Of a DNA stretch of 64,000 nucleotides, positions 51,236 to 60,697 are shown in pieces. Position numbers and translations under genes: made by a program. The first letter of the stretch is position 1. Every line of letters begins with the position of its first letter. The notes under the pieces were generated by a model. The model was not told where the DNA came from, did no database searches, and saw only the letters and a program-made list of their open reading frames with translations. Source of the DNA: Faecousia sp. (GTDB taxonomy: Bacteria; Bacillota; Clostridia; Oscillospirales; Oscillospiraceae); NCBI GenBank assembly GCA_045604565.1, contig JAZUOF010000076.1, positions 152 through 64,151 on the forward strand, written 5' to 3'.

Positions 51236-51850
51236 AACAAGATTTATCTTGAGAGGGCGATTATGGACTTTATTTCCCAAATGTGCGAGGGCGAAAACTT
51301 CCAACTGATTATGCGGGAATTACAGCGGTATGCCAAGGAGCAGAACGAGGGTAGCGGAGAACTGCAGTTCCTGGAAACCAAGTACAACAAGGTGGAGCGA
51401 GAAATCGGCAATCTCGTTAAGGCGATTATGGGCGGTTTTGATGCAGAAGAATTACGGTCTGCATACGATACCTTAAAGGCAGACAAGACCAAACTGTCCG
51501 CGCAGATTGAGATTGAGCGAAAGAAGCAAGCACAGAGAATTGATATTGATGAAGCAAGTGTACGGAAAGCACTTTCCAGAATTAGTGCCGACATTTGTGA
51601 GAGCAAACCCATTGAGGAGTACAAGAAGTTGTTTTCCTCTTTCGTGGAGCGAGTAGATGTTTTTGAAGACTATGTCACCATAGTCCTCAAGGTCTTTGAT
51701 ATGATAAATGTCCGTGTCTGTAACGGTAGCGGTGCGATAAAAGAAGAACCACCACTTGACTTTCATCAAATGGTGGTCTGGAATGGTGGAGGCGATGATG
51801 TTAAAGACGAACCATTTACACTAAAAAAGCTTGCAATTTGTGTAGAATAA
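51236..51850 (+). pseudogene. C-terminal remnant of a large serine recombinase
   Basis: KIYLERAIMDFI, coiled coil, EIGNLVKAI, KKLFSSFVERVDV...VTI typical of LSR C-termini; no catalytic or Zn-ribbon region; reads through a tmRNA-like att relic. Confidence 0.7.
51778..51795. repeat. att-like relic of tmRNA 3' end (internal)
   Basis: TGGTGGAGGCGA versus tmRNA TGGTGGAGCCGA (11/12); 16/18 match to 49942-49959. Confidence 0.55.
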
Positions 51851-51987
51851 CGTTATAATATTTACATAAGATTTGATTTTTAATAAAATGCATCATTAAT
51901 ATTGGATGCTATTCCCTTTAACAAAAGCGCGATGTTTATATATGATTGCTTTGGCAGAGCAATCGCTTTATTTGGGAGGTGTTTGAA

Positions 51988-53040
51988 ATGAAACGTTTAT
52001 TTTGTCTTATTTTGTGCTTGCTTTTGATTATCGTATATTTTGCAGGGTGCACAGAAGAAAAGCCTGGTCATGAGAATATAAACTCAGATAAAACAATTGA
52101 AGCTTCTAGTGGCGAAAGTCTAATCGATATACTCGCTTCGGAATATACTACGATTTATGCAACGAATGATGATTTTAGATATAATATTGAAAATGGAGCA
52201 GTTACGATTTGGGACTATATAAACCCCAAGAGGTATACCGAAAAGCACAATGTTGTTATTCCCGGAACAATTGAAGGATATCCGGTAACTACGATTGACC
52301 ACCATACGTTCAGTAGCTATGCCCTTGTGGGAGCTTTTGTTCCCGAAAATGTCCAGTCAATAGGATTAGGCGCTTTTAATTCGTGTTTATCGTTACGCTT
52401 CGTCTCTCTTCCGAGCACAGCAACGGAGATTGATATATATGCATTTGAAAATTGTCCTAATTTAGAAGAGATTTATATCGAAATGAGCAATCCTGTATAC
52501 ACCTCGCTCGATGGTATTCTTTACAGCAAAGATATTACAACACTTATTAAGTGCCCAGAAGGAAAAACAGAGTTATTTATTCCAAATGGTGTTACAACTA
52601 TACTTCGCTGTTGTGACTGTGATAACCTCGAAAATATAGTTATTCCAGAGAGTGTTACTACTATTAAAGAGGGTGCTTTTGCCGGAAACGACGGCATCAC
52701 TAGTATTGTTATTCCAACGGCTGTCAACAATTTGGAGAAACACGCATTTGCAAACTGCCAAAATCTTGTGAGCGTTGAGTTTAAAGCATCCGTTATCAGT
52801 GAGCGTTGTTTTCAAGGTTGCGACAAGCTAAGTTCTGTAATATTATCGGACAATGTGACAACAATTGATGTAGGGGCATTTATGGACTGCGCCAGTTTAA
52901 ATGAGATAACTATTCCTGATAATGTGATTTCGATAAGTTATTGGGTCTTTGGCGAAAACGTAACTATTAGATGCAATAAGGACTCTTATGCAGATGAATT
53001 TGCCAGATTAAACCATATGGCTGTGGTCTATTTGAAATAG
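51988..53040 (+). CDS. BspA-type leucine-rich repeat lipoprotein
   Basis: GGGAGG RBS, ATG 51988, lipobox FAGC, repeats such as IPESVTTIKEGAF, CxxLxxIxIP, DGILYSKD..LIKCP. Confidence 0.9.
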   Translation: MKRLFCLILCLLLIIVYFAGCTEEKPGHENINSDKTIEASSGESLIDILASEYTTIYATNDDFRYNIENGAVTIWDYINPKRYTEKHNVVIPGTIEGYPVTTIDHHTFSSYALVGAFVPENVQSIGLGAFNSCLSLRFVSLPSTATEIDIYAFENCPNLEEIYIEMSNPVYTSLDGILYSKDITTLIKCPEGKTELFIPNGVTTILRCCDCDNLENIVIPESVTTIKEGAFAGNDGITSIVIPTAVNNLEKHAFANCQNLVSVEFKASVISERCFQGCDKLSSVILSDNVTTIDVGAFMDCASLNEITIPDNVISISYWVFGENVTIRCNKDSYADEFARLNHMAVVYLK

Positions 53041-53055
53041 CACGCAAATCACAAC

Positions 53056-53085
53056 GCCACAGGCGGGAAACCGTCTGTGGCTTTG
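53056..53085 (+). terminator. Terminator of LRR gene
   Basis: GCCACAGGCGG-gaaa-CCGTCTGTGGC-TTT. Confidence 0.75.
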
Positions 53086-53110
53086 CCTATGTATACTTAG
53101 AAATAAACGA

Positions 53111-53152
53111 TAAAGGCGAATCCATCTCCCAAGGGAAATGGGTTCGCCTTTA
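53111..53152 (-). terminator. Current terminator downstream of tmRNA
   Basis: TAAAGGCGAATCCAT...ATGGGTTCGCCTTTA inverted repeat 7 bp from the ssrA CCA end. Confidence 0.75.
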
Positions 53153-53159
53153 ACTTGTT

Positions 53160-53506
53160 TGGTGGAGCCGAGGGGAATCGAACCCCTGTCCGAAAGCAAC
53201 TTGGAAGGAACTTCTCCGGGTGCAGTTTGTTATTTACATTCCCTCATTCCGGCGAAAACAAACATCCTACGGAAATCAGTAGCTTCATTGTGCGTGGTGC
53301 ACGCAAAGCTTAGTGCACGCACGTTCTCCACTCAAATCACACCCAAGCCCCGCTCGTGGACCTTCCGGGGAGGATGGCCGCCTAATTAGGCAGCAACAGC
53401 AACAGTTTTGTTGTCAGTTAATTTTAAAGTTACCCGTTTTAACGTGGCCAGGCGCCACGACCCGCTATTCCAGCCTCACTACCCCCGTCGAAACCAGTAC
53501 GGCCCC
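53160..53506 (-). ncRNA. ssrA: Transfer-messenger RNA (tmRNA), tag (A)DNKTVAVAA
   Basis: 5' GGGGCCGTACTGGTTTCGAC, 3' GGGGTTCGATTCCCCTCGGCTCCACCA with G3:U alanine determinant; tag ORF 53415-53386; near smpB. Confidence 0.97.
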
Positions 53507-53546
53507 GTATGGAGGATTTGAGGGCGGAAGATCCGCCCAAAATCTC

Positions 53547-54083
53547 TTAATATCTACCGTAGGGGTCCGGGAGCTTTTTAGGCTCGGGATACTCTTCCCC
53601 GTGGGTGTCAACATAAATGGAGGCGATTTTTTGTTCTTCGATAGGACGGTCGCCAGGGCCGCACTTTGTGGCGGCTATCGCATCCACAACATCCATGCCG
53701 GATGTTACCTTGCCGAATGCGGCATATTGACCGTCCAAATGCTTGGCGTCCTGGTGCATAATGAAGAATTGACTGCCCGCGCTGTTAGGACTGGAGGAGC
53801 GGGCCATAGACAGCACACCTCTTTTGTGCCGCAAATCGTTTTTCACGCCGTTAAAGAAAAACTCGCCCTTGATGCAGTAGCCGGGGCCACCCATTCCGGT
53901 GCCTTCAGGACATCCGCCCTGAATCATAAATCCGGAGATAACCCGATGAAAGATCAGACCGTCATAATAATTATGATTGGCAAGATCAATAAAATTGTAC
54001 ACACTTTGAGGTGCTATTTCCGGATACAGTTCACCTTCCATAACACCGCCGTTTTCCATGGTGATTTTAAAAGTAGGATTCAT
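53547..54083 (-). CDS. Cyclophilin-type peptidyl-prolyl cis-trans isomerase
   Basis: YDGLIFHRVISGFMIQGG, GVLSMAR, AGSQFFI, HLDGQYAAFG. Confidence 0.95.
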   Translation of the reverse strand: MNPTFKITMENGGVMEGELYPEIAPQSVYNFIDLANHNYYDGLIFHRVISGFMIQGGCPEGTGMGGPGYCIKGEFFFNGVKNDLRHKRGVLSMARSSSPNSAGSQFFIMHQDAKHLDGQYAAFGKVTSGMDVVDAIAATKCGPGDRPIEEQKIASIYVDTHGEEYPEPKKLPDPYGRY

Positions 54084-54088
54084 GTTAT

Positions 54089-54547
54089 TTACCTCTCTTT
54101 CATTGCCCGGTCGATCTGACGCTTCGCATCCCGTTCAGCCGCCGCCTGGCGTTTGTCATACAGTTTTTTTCCTTTGCAAAGTCCCACGTTGACCTTCACC
54201 CGACTGCCCTTAAAGTAAACGGATAAGGGGATAAGGGAGTAGCCATCCTGCTTTACCTTGCCAAACAGCCGCATAATCTCCCGCTTGTGCATCAAAAGCT
54301 TACGGGGGCGGCGTGGGTCACGGTTGAAAATGTTACCGTGGTCGTAGGGGGAGATGTGCATCTGGTTGAGTATCAGTTCGCCGTTTTTAATTCCGCACCA
54401 GGCATCCTTCAGATTTAAGGTGCCCTGACGGATGGATTTCACTTCTGTTCCGCACAGCGCGATACCGGCTTCCATTTCTTCTTCCACAAAGTATTCGTGA
54501 TAAGCCTCACGGTTTCGCGCCATTATTTTTATACTCTGAGATTCCAG
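54089..54547 (-). CDS. smpB: SsrA-binding protein
   Basis: [42 protein letters not shown]; start appears to be CTG 54547 after GGAGGTGA. Confidence 0.96.
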   Translation of the reverse strand: MESQSIKIMARNREAYHEYFVEEEMEAGIALCGTEVKSIRQGTLNLKDAWCGIKNGELILNQMHISPYDHGNIFNRDPRRPRKLLMHKREIMRLFGKVKQDGYSLIPLSVYFKGSRVKVNVGLCKGKKLYDKRQAAAERDAKRQIDRAMKER

Positions 54548-54597
54548 AATTCTCACCTCCAACCCGTATTCAATGGGATTATAACACAACTGTCAAG

Positions 54598-55257
54598 TTA
54601 CTTAAACAAAAAATCTGACAGCTCCTCGGCAGAATGAAACGCATAATCGCATAGCGAGGTCATTTCTGCCGTAATGTCCGGGTATTCCAACCGACCCCAT
54701 CCGGCAAAGGCAATGGGCACACCGGCTTGACGTGCCATTTCCCATGCGGGTTTCATATCATCGACAACAAGAAGCTGCTCCGGAGAAAGGTGATAGGTTG
54801 CCATAATCTGATACAGGGCATAAGGATTTGGCTTGCGATGTTCTTCGGCAAGATCCCAACCGTAGACAGCATCCGGTGTAATGCCAAAATGAGTCTGATA
54901 ATCACGAACTATGTTGGCTTCTGAGGACATCGATACCACACAAATCAGTCCGCCCGATTCTTTTTGTTTACGAATCACATCTGCGATGCCCGGATACGGA
55001 TCAGGAATATGATGCTGGATATATTCTTTCCAGCCGCAATATTCCTGCTTTAACTCAGTATCTGTGAATTGATATTTTCTGCGGCACATCTCCACAAAGC
55101 CAAAGTCAGAACAACCCTGCACATATTCCTTCAGGGTGATTTTGCAACCGGGACGGAACAATTCCAGTATATCACAGAAAAAAGGATAATTGATAGTTGC
55201 TTCGCTTTGGACCACAGTGTCATCGTGGTCTAACACAAGGCAGGGGAACTTTGTCAT
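54598..55257 (-). CDS. HAD family hydrolase/phosphatase
   Basis: AGGAG RBS, ATG 55257; motif I LDHDDTV, KPNP, VDD motif IV. Confidence 0.88.
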   Translation of the reverse strand: MTKFPCLVLDHDDTVVQSEATINYPFFCDILELFRPGCKITLKEYVQGCSDFGFVEMCRRKYQFTDTELKQEYCGWKEYIQHHIPDPYPGIADVIRKQKESGGLICVVSMSSEANIVRDYQTHFGITPDAVYGWDLAEEHRKPNPYALYQIMATYHLSPEQLLVVDDMKPAWEMARQAGVPIAFAGWGRLEYPDITAEMTSLCDYAFHSAEELSDFLFK

Positions 55258-55386
55258 TTCTATCACTCCTGTCCTAAGTATTATAACAAATTCAAAAGAA
55301 CCGTACAATAGGCAGTTTCAGATAATTCATACTGGAAAAATCAGAGCAAATGCATTATAATCAGAAAAAAGGCGGGAGGAGATTTT

Positions 55387-55851
55387 ATGGCCATCGTTAC
55401 TTTTTACAGGGGAGATCCAAATCCTCCAAGAACAACACAAGGTGCCCATTTAGGAGCCAATGCAATTATTACCTGTAAGGGTAAAATCCTACTTGAGAAA
55501 AGAAAAGACTGCGATATGTGGGGCCTTGTTGGCGGTGGCGTAAAAAAACAGGAAACGCCCATACAAGCCATTGCCAGAGAAGTGTATGAAGAACTGGGCT
55601 TGCGCCTCAGTAAAGAACGGTTTCGTAAGCTTGGTGTATACGGAGAACCCGGAAGAATCGCCGCATATCAGGACGGTAGCATCTGGCGGATGGTCGTCGT
55701 TGTTTTTGCTTTGGAACTGGATGAATGGCCTCCCATTGTTATGAGCGATGAATCCAGCGATATGCGTTTTTTCTCAAAAGAAGAGCTGCGAGACGTTCCT
55801 GTGGTTGTAACGCATAGTGACATTGTAGAGGATTGGTTTCTGAACGGATAA
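55387..55851 (+). CDS. NUDIX hydrolase
   Basis: Nudix box GGGVKKQETPIQAIAREVYEELG. Confidence 0.9.
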   Translation: MAIVTFYRGDPNPPRTTQGAHLGANAIITCKGKILLEKRKDCDMWGLVGGGVKKQETPIQAIAREVYEELGLRLSKERFRKLGVYGEPGRIAAYQDGSIWRMVVVVFALELDEWPPIVMSDESSDMRFFSKEELRDVPVVVTHSDIVEDWFLNG

Positions 55852-55885
55852 AAAAATAGCGGTCAGAATTTCTGACCGCTATTTT
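55852..55885. terminator. Bidirectional terminator
   Basis: AAAATAGCGGTCAGA(A)...(T)TCTGACCGCTATTTT. Confidence 0.85.
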
Positions 55886-57108
55886 ATGTGTAGATGAAGT
55901 GCTCTTGCGTTCCATAGCCGCGCAACTGTGGAAACGATCAAAATAGCAACGGCCATTGCGCCTGCGATTCCCAGAGTCTGTGCGCCGTACGACGTAAAGC
56001 CTGCCATATCTCCCAGAACAAAACTGTTGGTTGCATAATAAACTCCCGCGCCGGGAAGCAGGGGAATTACGGAAACAACCAAATAAGAAATAGCAGGGTA
56101 TTTTCTGATACGGGCCATAATCTCTGCGTAACATGCTGCGACCAGAGTCGCGATAAAGTTCATTATAATTATGTCGCAGCCAAGTTCACCGGAAATGCCG
56201 TACACTGCCCAGGTCAGACCACTTCCTAAAGCGCAGAAAAGGCCGCCATATCCGTGTATGTTAAACAGAATATTGAATCCGAGGCAAGCATAAATACTTG
56301 CCAGAGAGCCAAGCCATACGGGATTCATAGTTGGTGTGCTGATAATGGTGTTGCAAAGTTTCAAGGTGAGATTCCACGCCGCGCCTGCGCCCAATGCAAT
56401 GGCAACGCCGATCAGTATGACCTGTACAATTCGATTAACACCGGAATTGGTGTCTCCGTAAATAATATCGCGCAGGGCATTGGTGAAAAGCAAACCGGGA
56501 ACAAGAAGCATAAGCACCGCGATTACAACTGCGTCTGTATTCGGACACAGGTGGAATATGCCGAGTAAATATGCGCAAATAGCGCCAACAAAGGCAGCAG
56601 CGATGGTGCTGAAAAACATATTTACTTTAAAACGAGACAGCAAACGGTTTGTAAGACCAACCATCAGTCCGCAAAAGCCGGCGCACAGGCTGTCAATAAC
56701 CGAGCCGTTGAACAAAAAAACAAAGCCGGAGGATGCCACTGCGTTTGCAATGATGTATGCCCAAAATCCGTAGGATTTTTTCTGGGAAACCACTTCCTTG
56801 AGCCACTGCATCGCTTCAATTGGCTCAGGTTTTTGTGCGCAAATTTTACGGCTCAGGCTGTTGAATCGTTCTACAGCATCTAAATCAGTTCCATGGTGAC
56901 TGATGCGGCGCATACGAGTCATTGGGACGCCGCTTTCCGATTCCAGGCTGATGATTAGACAGTTTGGAATAGAAAACACTTCCACTTGAGTACCGTAGGC
57001 AGAGAAAATACGGAAAATGCTTTCTTCAATCCGAAAAGTTTCAGCGCCACTCATAGCCAGATGATAGCCAAGCTCGGTGGAGACATCCAATAAGGTGTTG
57101 TAATCCAT
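55879..57108 (-). CDS. Threonine/serine exporter family protein (fused ThrE/ThrE_2)
   Basis: SGAETFRIEE, LVPGLLFTNALRD, IPLLPG; multiple TM helices. Confidence 0.88.
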   Translation of the reverse strand: MDYNTLLDVSTELGYHLAMSGAETFRIEESIFRIFSAYGTQVEVFSIPNCLIISLESESGVPMTRMRRISHHGTDLDAVERFNSLSRKICAQKPEPIEAMQWLKEVVSQKKSYGFWAYIIANAVASSGFVFLFNGSVIDSLCAGFCGLMVGLTNRLLSRFKVNMFFSTIAAAFVGAICAYLLGIFHLCPNTDAVVIAVLMLLVPGLLFTNALRDIIYGDTNSGVNRIVQVILIGVAIALGAGAAWNLTLKLCNTIISTPTMNPVWLGSLASIYACLGFNILFNIHGYGGLFCALGSGLTWAVYGISGELGCDIIIMNFIATLVAACYAEIMARIRKYPAISYLVVSVIPLLPGAGVYYATNSFVLGDMAGFTSYGAQTLGIAGAMAVAILIVSTVARLWNARALHLHIK

Positions 57109-57175
57109 AATAAGAGTCCTTTGCTTATAATTGCGAAATCAGTATAACACAGCTGGTTAAAAATTCAACCTAAAA

Positions 57176-57205
57176 TACCGCCGAAGAGAAAACCTTCGGC
57201 GGTAA
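57176..57205 (-). terminator. Terminator after degV
   Basis: TACCGCCGAAG...CTTCGGCGGTA stem with T tract on minus strand. Confidence 0.75.
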
Positions 57206-57208
57206 ATA

Positions 57209-58051
57209 TTACTTTCTGACAAACAGTACGCCCAGTGTGTTCGGTCCGCAGTGGCAGGAAACGGTACAGCCGGCCTCTGTCCAATAAATGTTGTCAAAAT
57301 CTGCGTATTCATTAACGGCATCTTTGACAGCTTTTAGACATTCATCAGTCACAGGTGTACGGGTAACGAACAGAGTTCCTCTGTCCAAATCGTCCCGTCC
57401 GCTCAGGCGATCCTTAACATAGGATGCAAGACACTTGGCATAGTTGCCGCGATATTTTTTCACAACAGCCATTTTGCCATTTTTGACTTCGATGCAAGGT
57501 TTCAGATTTAAAAGATTGGCACCCAATGCAACGACAGAGGAACAACGGCCGCCCTTTACCATATAGGCAAGCTGGTCCAGAAGGAAGCTGGCTTCAACCC
57601 GGGGTGTAAACGCATCCAGTTCTGCCTTCAATTCGTCCAGGCTGGTACAGGTCTGGGCAAGCTCACAAGCCTTCAGAACAACAAGGCCCTGGCCCGTGGA
57701 AAGATTACGGGAGTCTACAACGCGGACGTTATCAAATTCCTCTGCTGCAAGACAGGCGTTTTGATAGGAGGAGGAGAATTCTGCGCTGATATTGATGTGG
57801 ATGACACCATCATACTCCGGAGAGAATTTGCTGAAATACTCAGTGTATTCCCCAACGTTCATAGCGGTAGTGGAGCAAAGATTGCCACCGTTCGCCACGT
57901 GAGCAAAAATATCAGCAGGAGTAATGTTAACACCGTCAGAGAAGGGCTCGCCATTTTTGATGACAGTCAAAGGAACAATGGTAATATCATATTTATCAAT
58001 CAGTTCCTTGGAAAGGTCGCAGGTACTGTCGGACATGATCTTGATTTTCAT
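57209..58051 (-). CDS. DegV/FakB family fatty-acid-binding protein
   Basis: IMSDSTCDL, INISAEFSSSYQNA, VVDSRNLS, KGGR, CHCGP. Confidence 0.93.
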   Translation of the reverse strand: MKIKIMSDSTCDLSKELIDKYDITIVPLTVIKNGEPFSDGVNITPADIFAHVANGGNLCSTTAMNVGEYTEYFSKFSPEYDGVIHINISAEFSSSYQNACLAAEEFDNVRVVDSRNLSTGQGLVVLKACELAQTCTSLDELKAELDAFTPRVEASFLLDQLAYMVKGGRCSSVVALGANLLNLKPCIEVKNGKMAVVKKYRGNYAKCLASYVKDRLSGRDDLDRGTLFVTRTPVTDECLKAVKDAVNEYADFDNIYWTEAGCTVSCHCGPNTLGVLFVRK

Positions 58052-58155
58052 ATTTTTCTCCTTTTTGAGTCCCTTGAATTTGCTAATATAATGTGGTAAA
58101 ATAATAGCACATTATGCATTTTTCGTCAAGTAATCTTTGTAGAGGTACGAGTGTT

Positions 58156-60624
58156 TTGGTTATTCAATTTGATGTTTCAGGTATGACCTGCGCAGCATGC
58201 TCAGCCCGCGTTGAAAAGGTTGTTTCTCAAGTTTCGGGCGTTTCCAGAGCAGAAGTGAACTTGCTTGCCGGTAAATTGTCCGTGGATGCGCAGAATCGTG
58301 ATGTTGTGGATGCCGTTATCAGGGCGGTTTCTAATGCAGGATATAATGCTTCTGTGTCCGGGAGGCAGGTCAAGCGGGAAGATAAGAAGGATAATACCCT
58401 TATTCAAATGAAAAAACGGATTATTTTTTCGACGGTCTTTCTGATTGCTTTGATGTATTTCACAATGGGCCATATGCTGGCGCTTCCAATGCCTGCGTGG
58501 TACGAAGGAACGGAAAACGCGCTGATTGCCGTTCTTTTGCAATTTTTTCTCACGCTCCCGATTATTCTTATAAACCGTACGTATTATTCCCGGGGGCTGA
58601 AATCCTTATGGCACAGAGCGCCCAATATGGACCCCTTAATTGCCGTTGGCTCCGGGGCGGCATTACTTTATGGCATATTCATTATGTTTGCTATGGCATA
58701 TGCAATGGGGCGTGGCGATATGCAGGCTGTAGATGCCTACAGACAGAGTTTATATTTTGAGTCTGCGGCGATGATTTTAACGCTGATTACTCTGGGTAAG
58801 TATTTTGAAACACGTGCCAAGGGAAAAGCGGGAGATGCTGTCAAAAAACTGATGGACCTTAGCCCGAAAAGTGCAACAGTACTGATTGACGGTGAGGAAA
58901 AGGAAGTGCCCATCGAGGAGGTTGCGGTAGGAGATACCGTGGTCGTTCGGTCTGGCAGCAGTATTCAGGTGGATGGAACTGTCCTTTACGGGGCGGCATC
59001 TGTGGATCAAAGCGCCATAACCGGCGAAAGCACCCCTGTTGGAAAAGCAGAAGGGGAGTCGGTTACTGCCGGTACGATCTGCTTGGAGGGTTATTTGCGC
59101 TTCCGGGCGGATAGGGTTGGACAGGATACTACCTTGGCGCAGGTGATTCGACTGGTAGAGGAAGCGGGCGGCTCAAAAGCGCCAATTTCTCGCCTCGCTG
59201 ACCGGATAGCGGGCATCTTTGTGCCTGCGGTGATGACGATTGCATTGATTACTGCTGCCGTCTGGCTTTTGGCTGGCCAATCTACGGAATTTGCGCTGAC
59301 TACAGCAATATCTGTACTGGTCATATCCTGCCCCTGCGCGCTGGGCCTTGCTACGCCTGTAGCGGTTATGGTTGCAACGGGTAAGGGCGCAAGTTTGGGC
59401 GTACTGTTTAAGAACGCGGAAGCACTTGAAAATTTGCACAAGGTTGACACGGTTGTTCTGGACAAAACCGGAACCGTAACCGGCGGAACACCCTTTGTAA
59501 CGGATATTGTTCCTGTAGATGCACAAGAGTCATCCCTGCTTGCAGTTGCTGCTGCGTTGGAAGAACATTCAGAGCATCCTTTTGCGGAAGCAATCCTGAA
59601 AAAAGCAGAAGGACTGCGCTATGATTCTGCTGATTCTTTCCGGGTGTTGCCCGGACGAGGCGTTTACGGGGTGATAAACGGCAAGGAATACTATGGTGGA
59701 AACCGACGGCTAATGGATGAGATTTGCGTGGAAGTTCCGTCTTATGAGGATTATTCACGCATTGGCAAGACGCCCTTGTTTTTTGCGTGCGAGAAGCGAT
59801 TTCTGGGGGCAATTATGGCTTCGGATGTTATTCGGGATGATTCCAAGGAAGCCGTTGCACTGCTCCGCAGCCTGAAATTGGACGTTATTATGCTCACGGG
59901 AGATAACCGTAACACGGCCAAGGCAGTTGCGGAACAAGCCGGCATTCAAAATGTGATTTCCGATGTGCTGCCTGCCGGAAAGGCGGGTGTTATTGAACAG
60001 CTTCGTCAGAATCACAAAACGGTTCTGATGGTTGGTGACGGAATTAATGATGCGCCTGCTTTAGTTTCGGCAGATGTGGGAATGGCGATCGGCGCCGGTA
60101 CGGATATTGCAATGGAGTCGGCGGACATTGTACTGATGAACAGCTCTTTAACGGGCATCTATGATGCCATAAGCCTGAGTAGAGCAACAATCCAAAATAT
60201 ACGCCAGAATTTATTTTGGGCGTTTTTCTATAATGTGCTTGGAATTCCCGTTGCGGCCGGATTACTTTATCCGGCATTTGGAATCCTGCTCAGTCCTATG
60301 ATTGGCGCAGCAGCAATGAGCTTCAGCTCGGTATTTGTTGTAACAAATGCCCTTAGGCTTCGGATGTTTAAGCCTCGCAAGATCAAACAAAACAAAGAGA
60401 TAAAATCCAGCAAGGAGAATATAGCTATGGAAATTATTATTCACGTGGAAGGTATGATGTGTACCCACTGTAAGGCGAGAGTGGAAAGTGTCTGCAAGGC
60501 CGTAGCCGGCGTTGCGGATGCGGTAGTGGATCTGAAAGCAAAAACCGTAACCGTTACAGGAACAGCCAATCCGGATAATCTGAAAAAGGCTATTTCCGAT
60601 GCCGGATATCAGGTTGTCGGATAA
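58156..60624 (+). CDS. copA: Copper-exporting P1B-type ATPase with N- and C-terminal HMA domains
   Basis: GMTCAAC, TGES, CPCALGLA, DKTGT, SEHP, GDGINDAPAL, FFYN, MSFSS, C-terminal GMMCTHC; start uncertain (58114 or TTG 58156). Confidence 0.92.
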   Translation: MVIQFDVSGMTCAACSARVEKVVSQVSGVSRAEVNLLAGKLSVDAQNRDVVDAVIRAVSNAGYNASVSGRQVKREDKKDNTLIQMKKRIIFSTVFLIALMYFTMGHMLALPMPAWYEGTENALIAVLLQFFLTLPIILINRTYYSRGLKSLWHRAPNMDPLIAVGSGAALLYGIFIMFAMAYAMGRGDMQAVDAYRQSLYFESAAMILTLITLGKYFETRAKGKAGDAVKKLMDLSPKSATVLIDGEEKEVPIEEVAVGDTVVVRSGSSIQVDGTVLYGAASVDQSAITGESTPVGKAEGESVTAGTICLEGYLRFRADRVGQDTTLAQVIRLVEEAGGSKAPISRLADRIAGIFVPAVMTIALITAAVWLLAGQSTEFALTTAISVLVISCPCALGLATPVAVMVATGKGASLGVLFKNAEALENLHKVDTVVLDKTGTVTGGTPFVTDIVPVDAQESSLLAVAAALEEHSEHPFAEAILKKAEGLRYDSADSFRVLPGRGVYGVINGKEYYGGNRRLMDEICVEVPSYEDYSRIGKTPLFFACEKRFLGAIMASDVIRDDSKEAVALLRSLKLDVIMLTGDNRNTAKAVAEQAGIQNVISDVLPAGKAGVIEQLRQNHKTVLMVGDGINDAPALVSADVGMAIGAGTDIAMESADIVLMNSSLTGIYDAISLSRATIQNIRQNLFWAFFYNVLGIPVAAGLLYPAFGILLSPMIGAAAMSFSSVFVVTNALRLRMFKPRKIKQNKEIKSSKENIAMEIIIHVEGMMCTHCKARVESVCKAVAGVADAVVDLKAKTVTVTGTANPDNLKKAISDAGYQVVG

Positions 60625-60697
60625 GTTGTAAAAGTACGATTTATTGGACATATCTAGCTTTATACTTTAACCATAAAGAAAAGAAAGGCTGATGGTT

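Larger units (their letters stand above)
49960..53159. mobile_element. Decayed genomic islet(s) integrated at the tmRNA 3' end
   Basis: Visibly AT-rich versus flanks, bounded by ssrA 3' end and its partial duplicate, contains a recombinase fragment and accessory genes. Confidence 0.7.

Noticed and set aside
53160-53190. tRNA-like T-arm and CCA end
   Set aside because: It is the tRNA-like domain of tmRNA, not a separate tRNA
53138-54119. Plus-strand ORFs 53138-53389 (LVEPRGIEPLS) and 53313-54119
   Set aside because: Antisense readings of tmRNA and ppi
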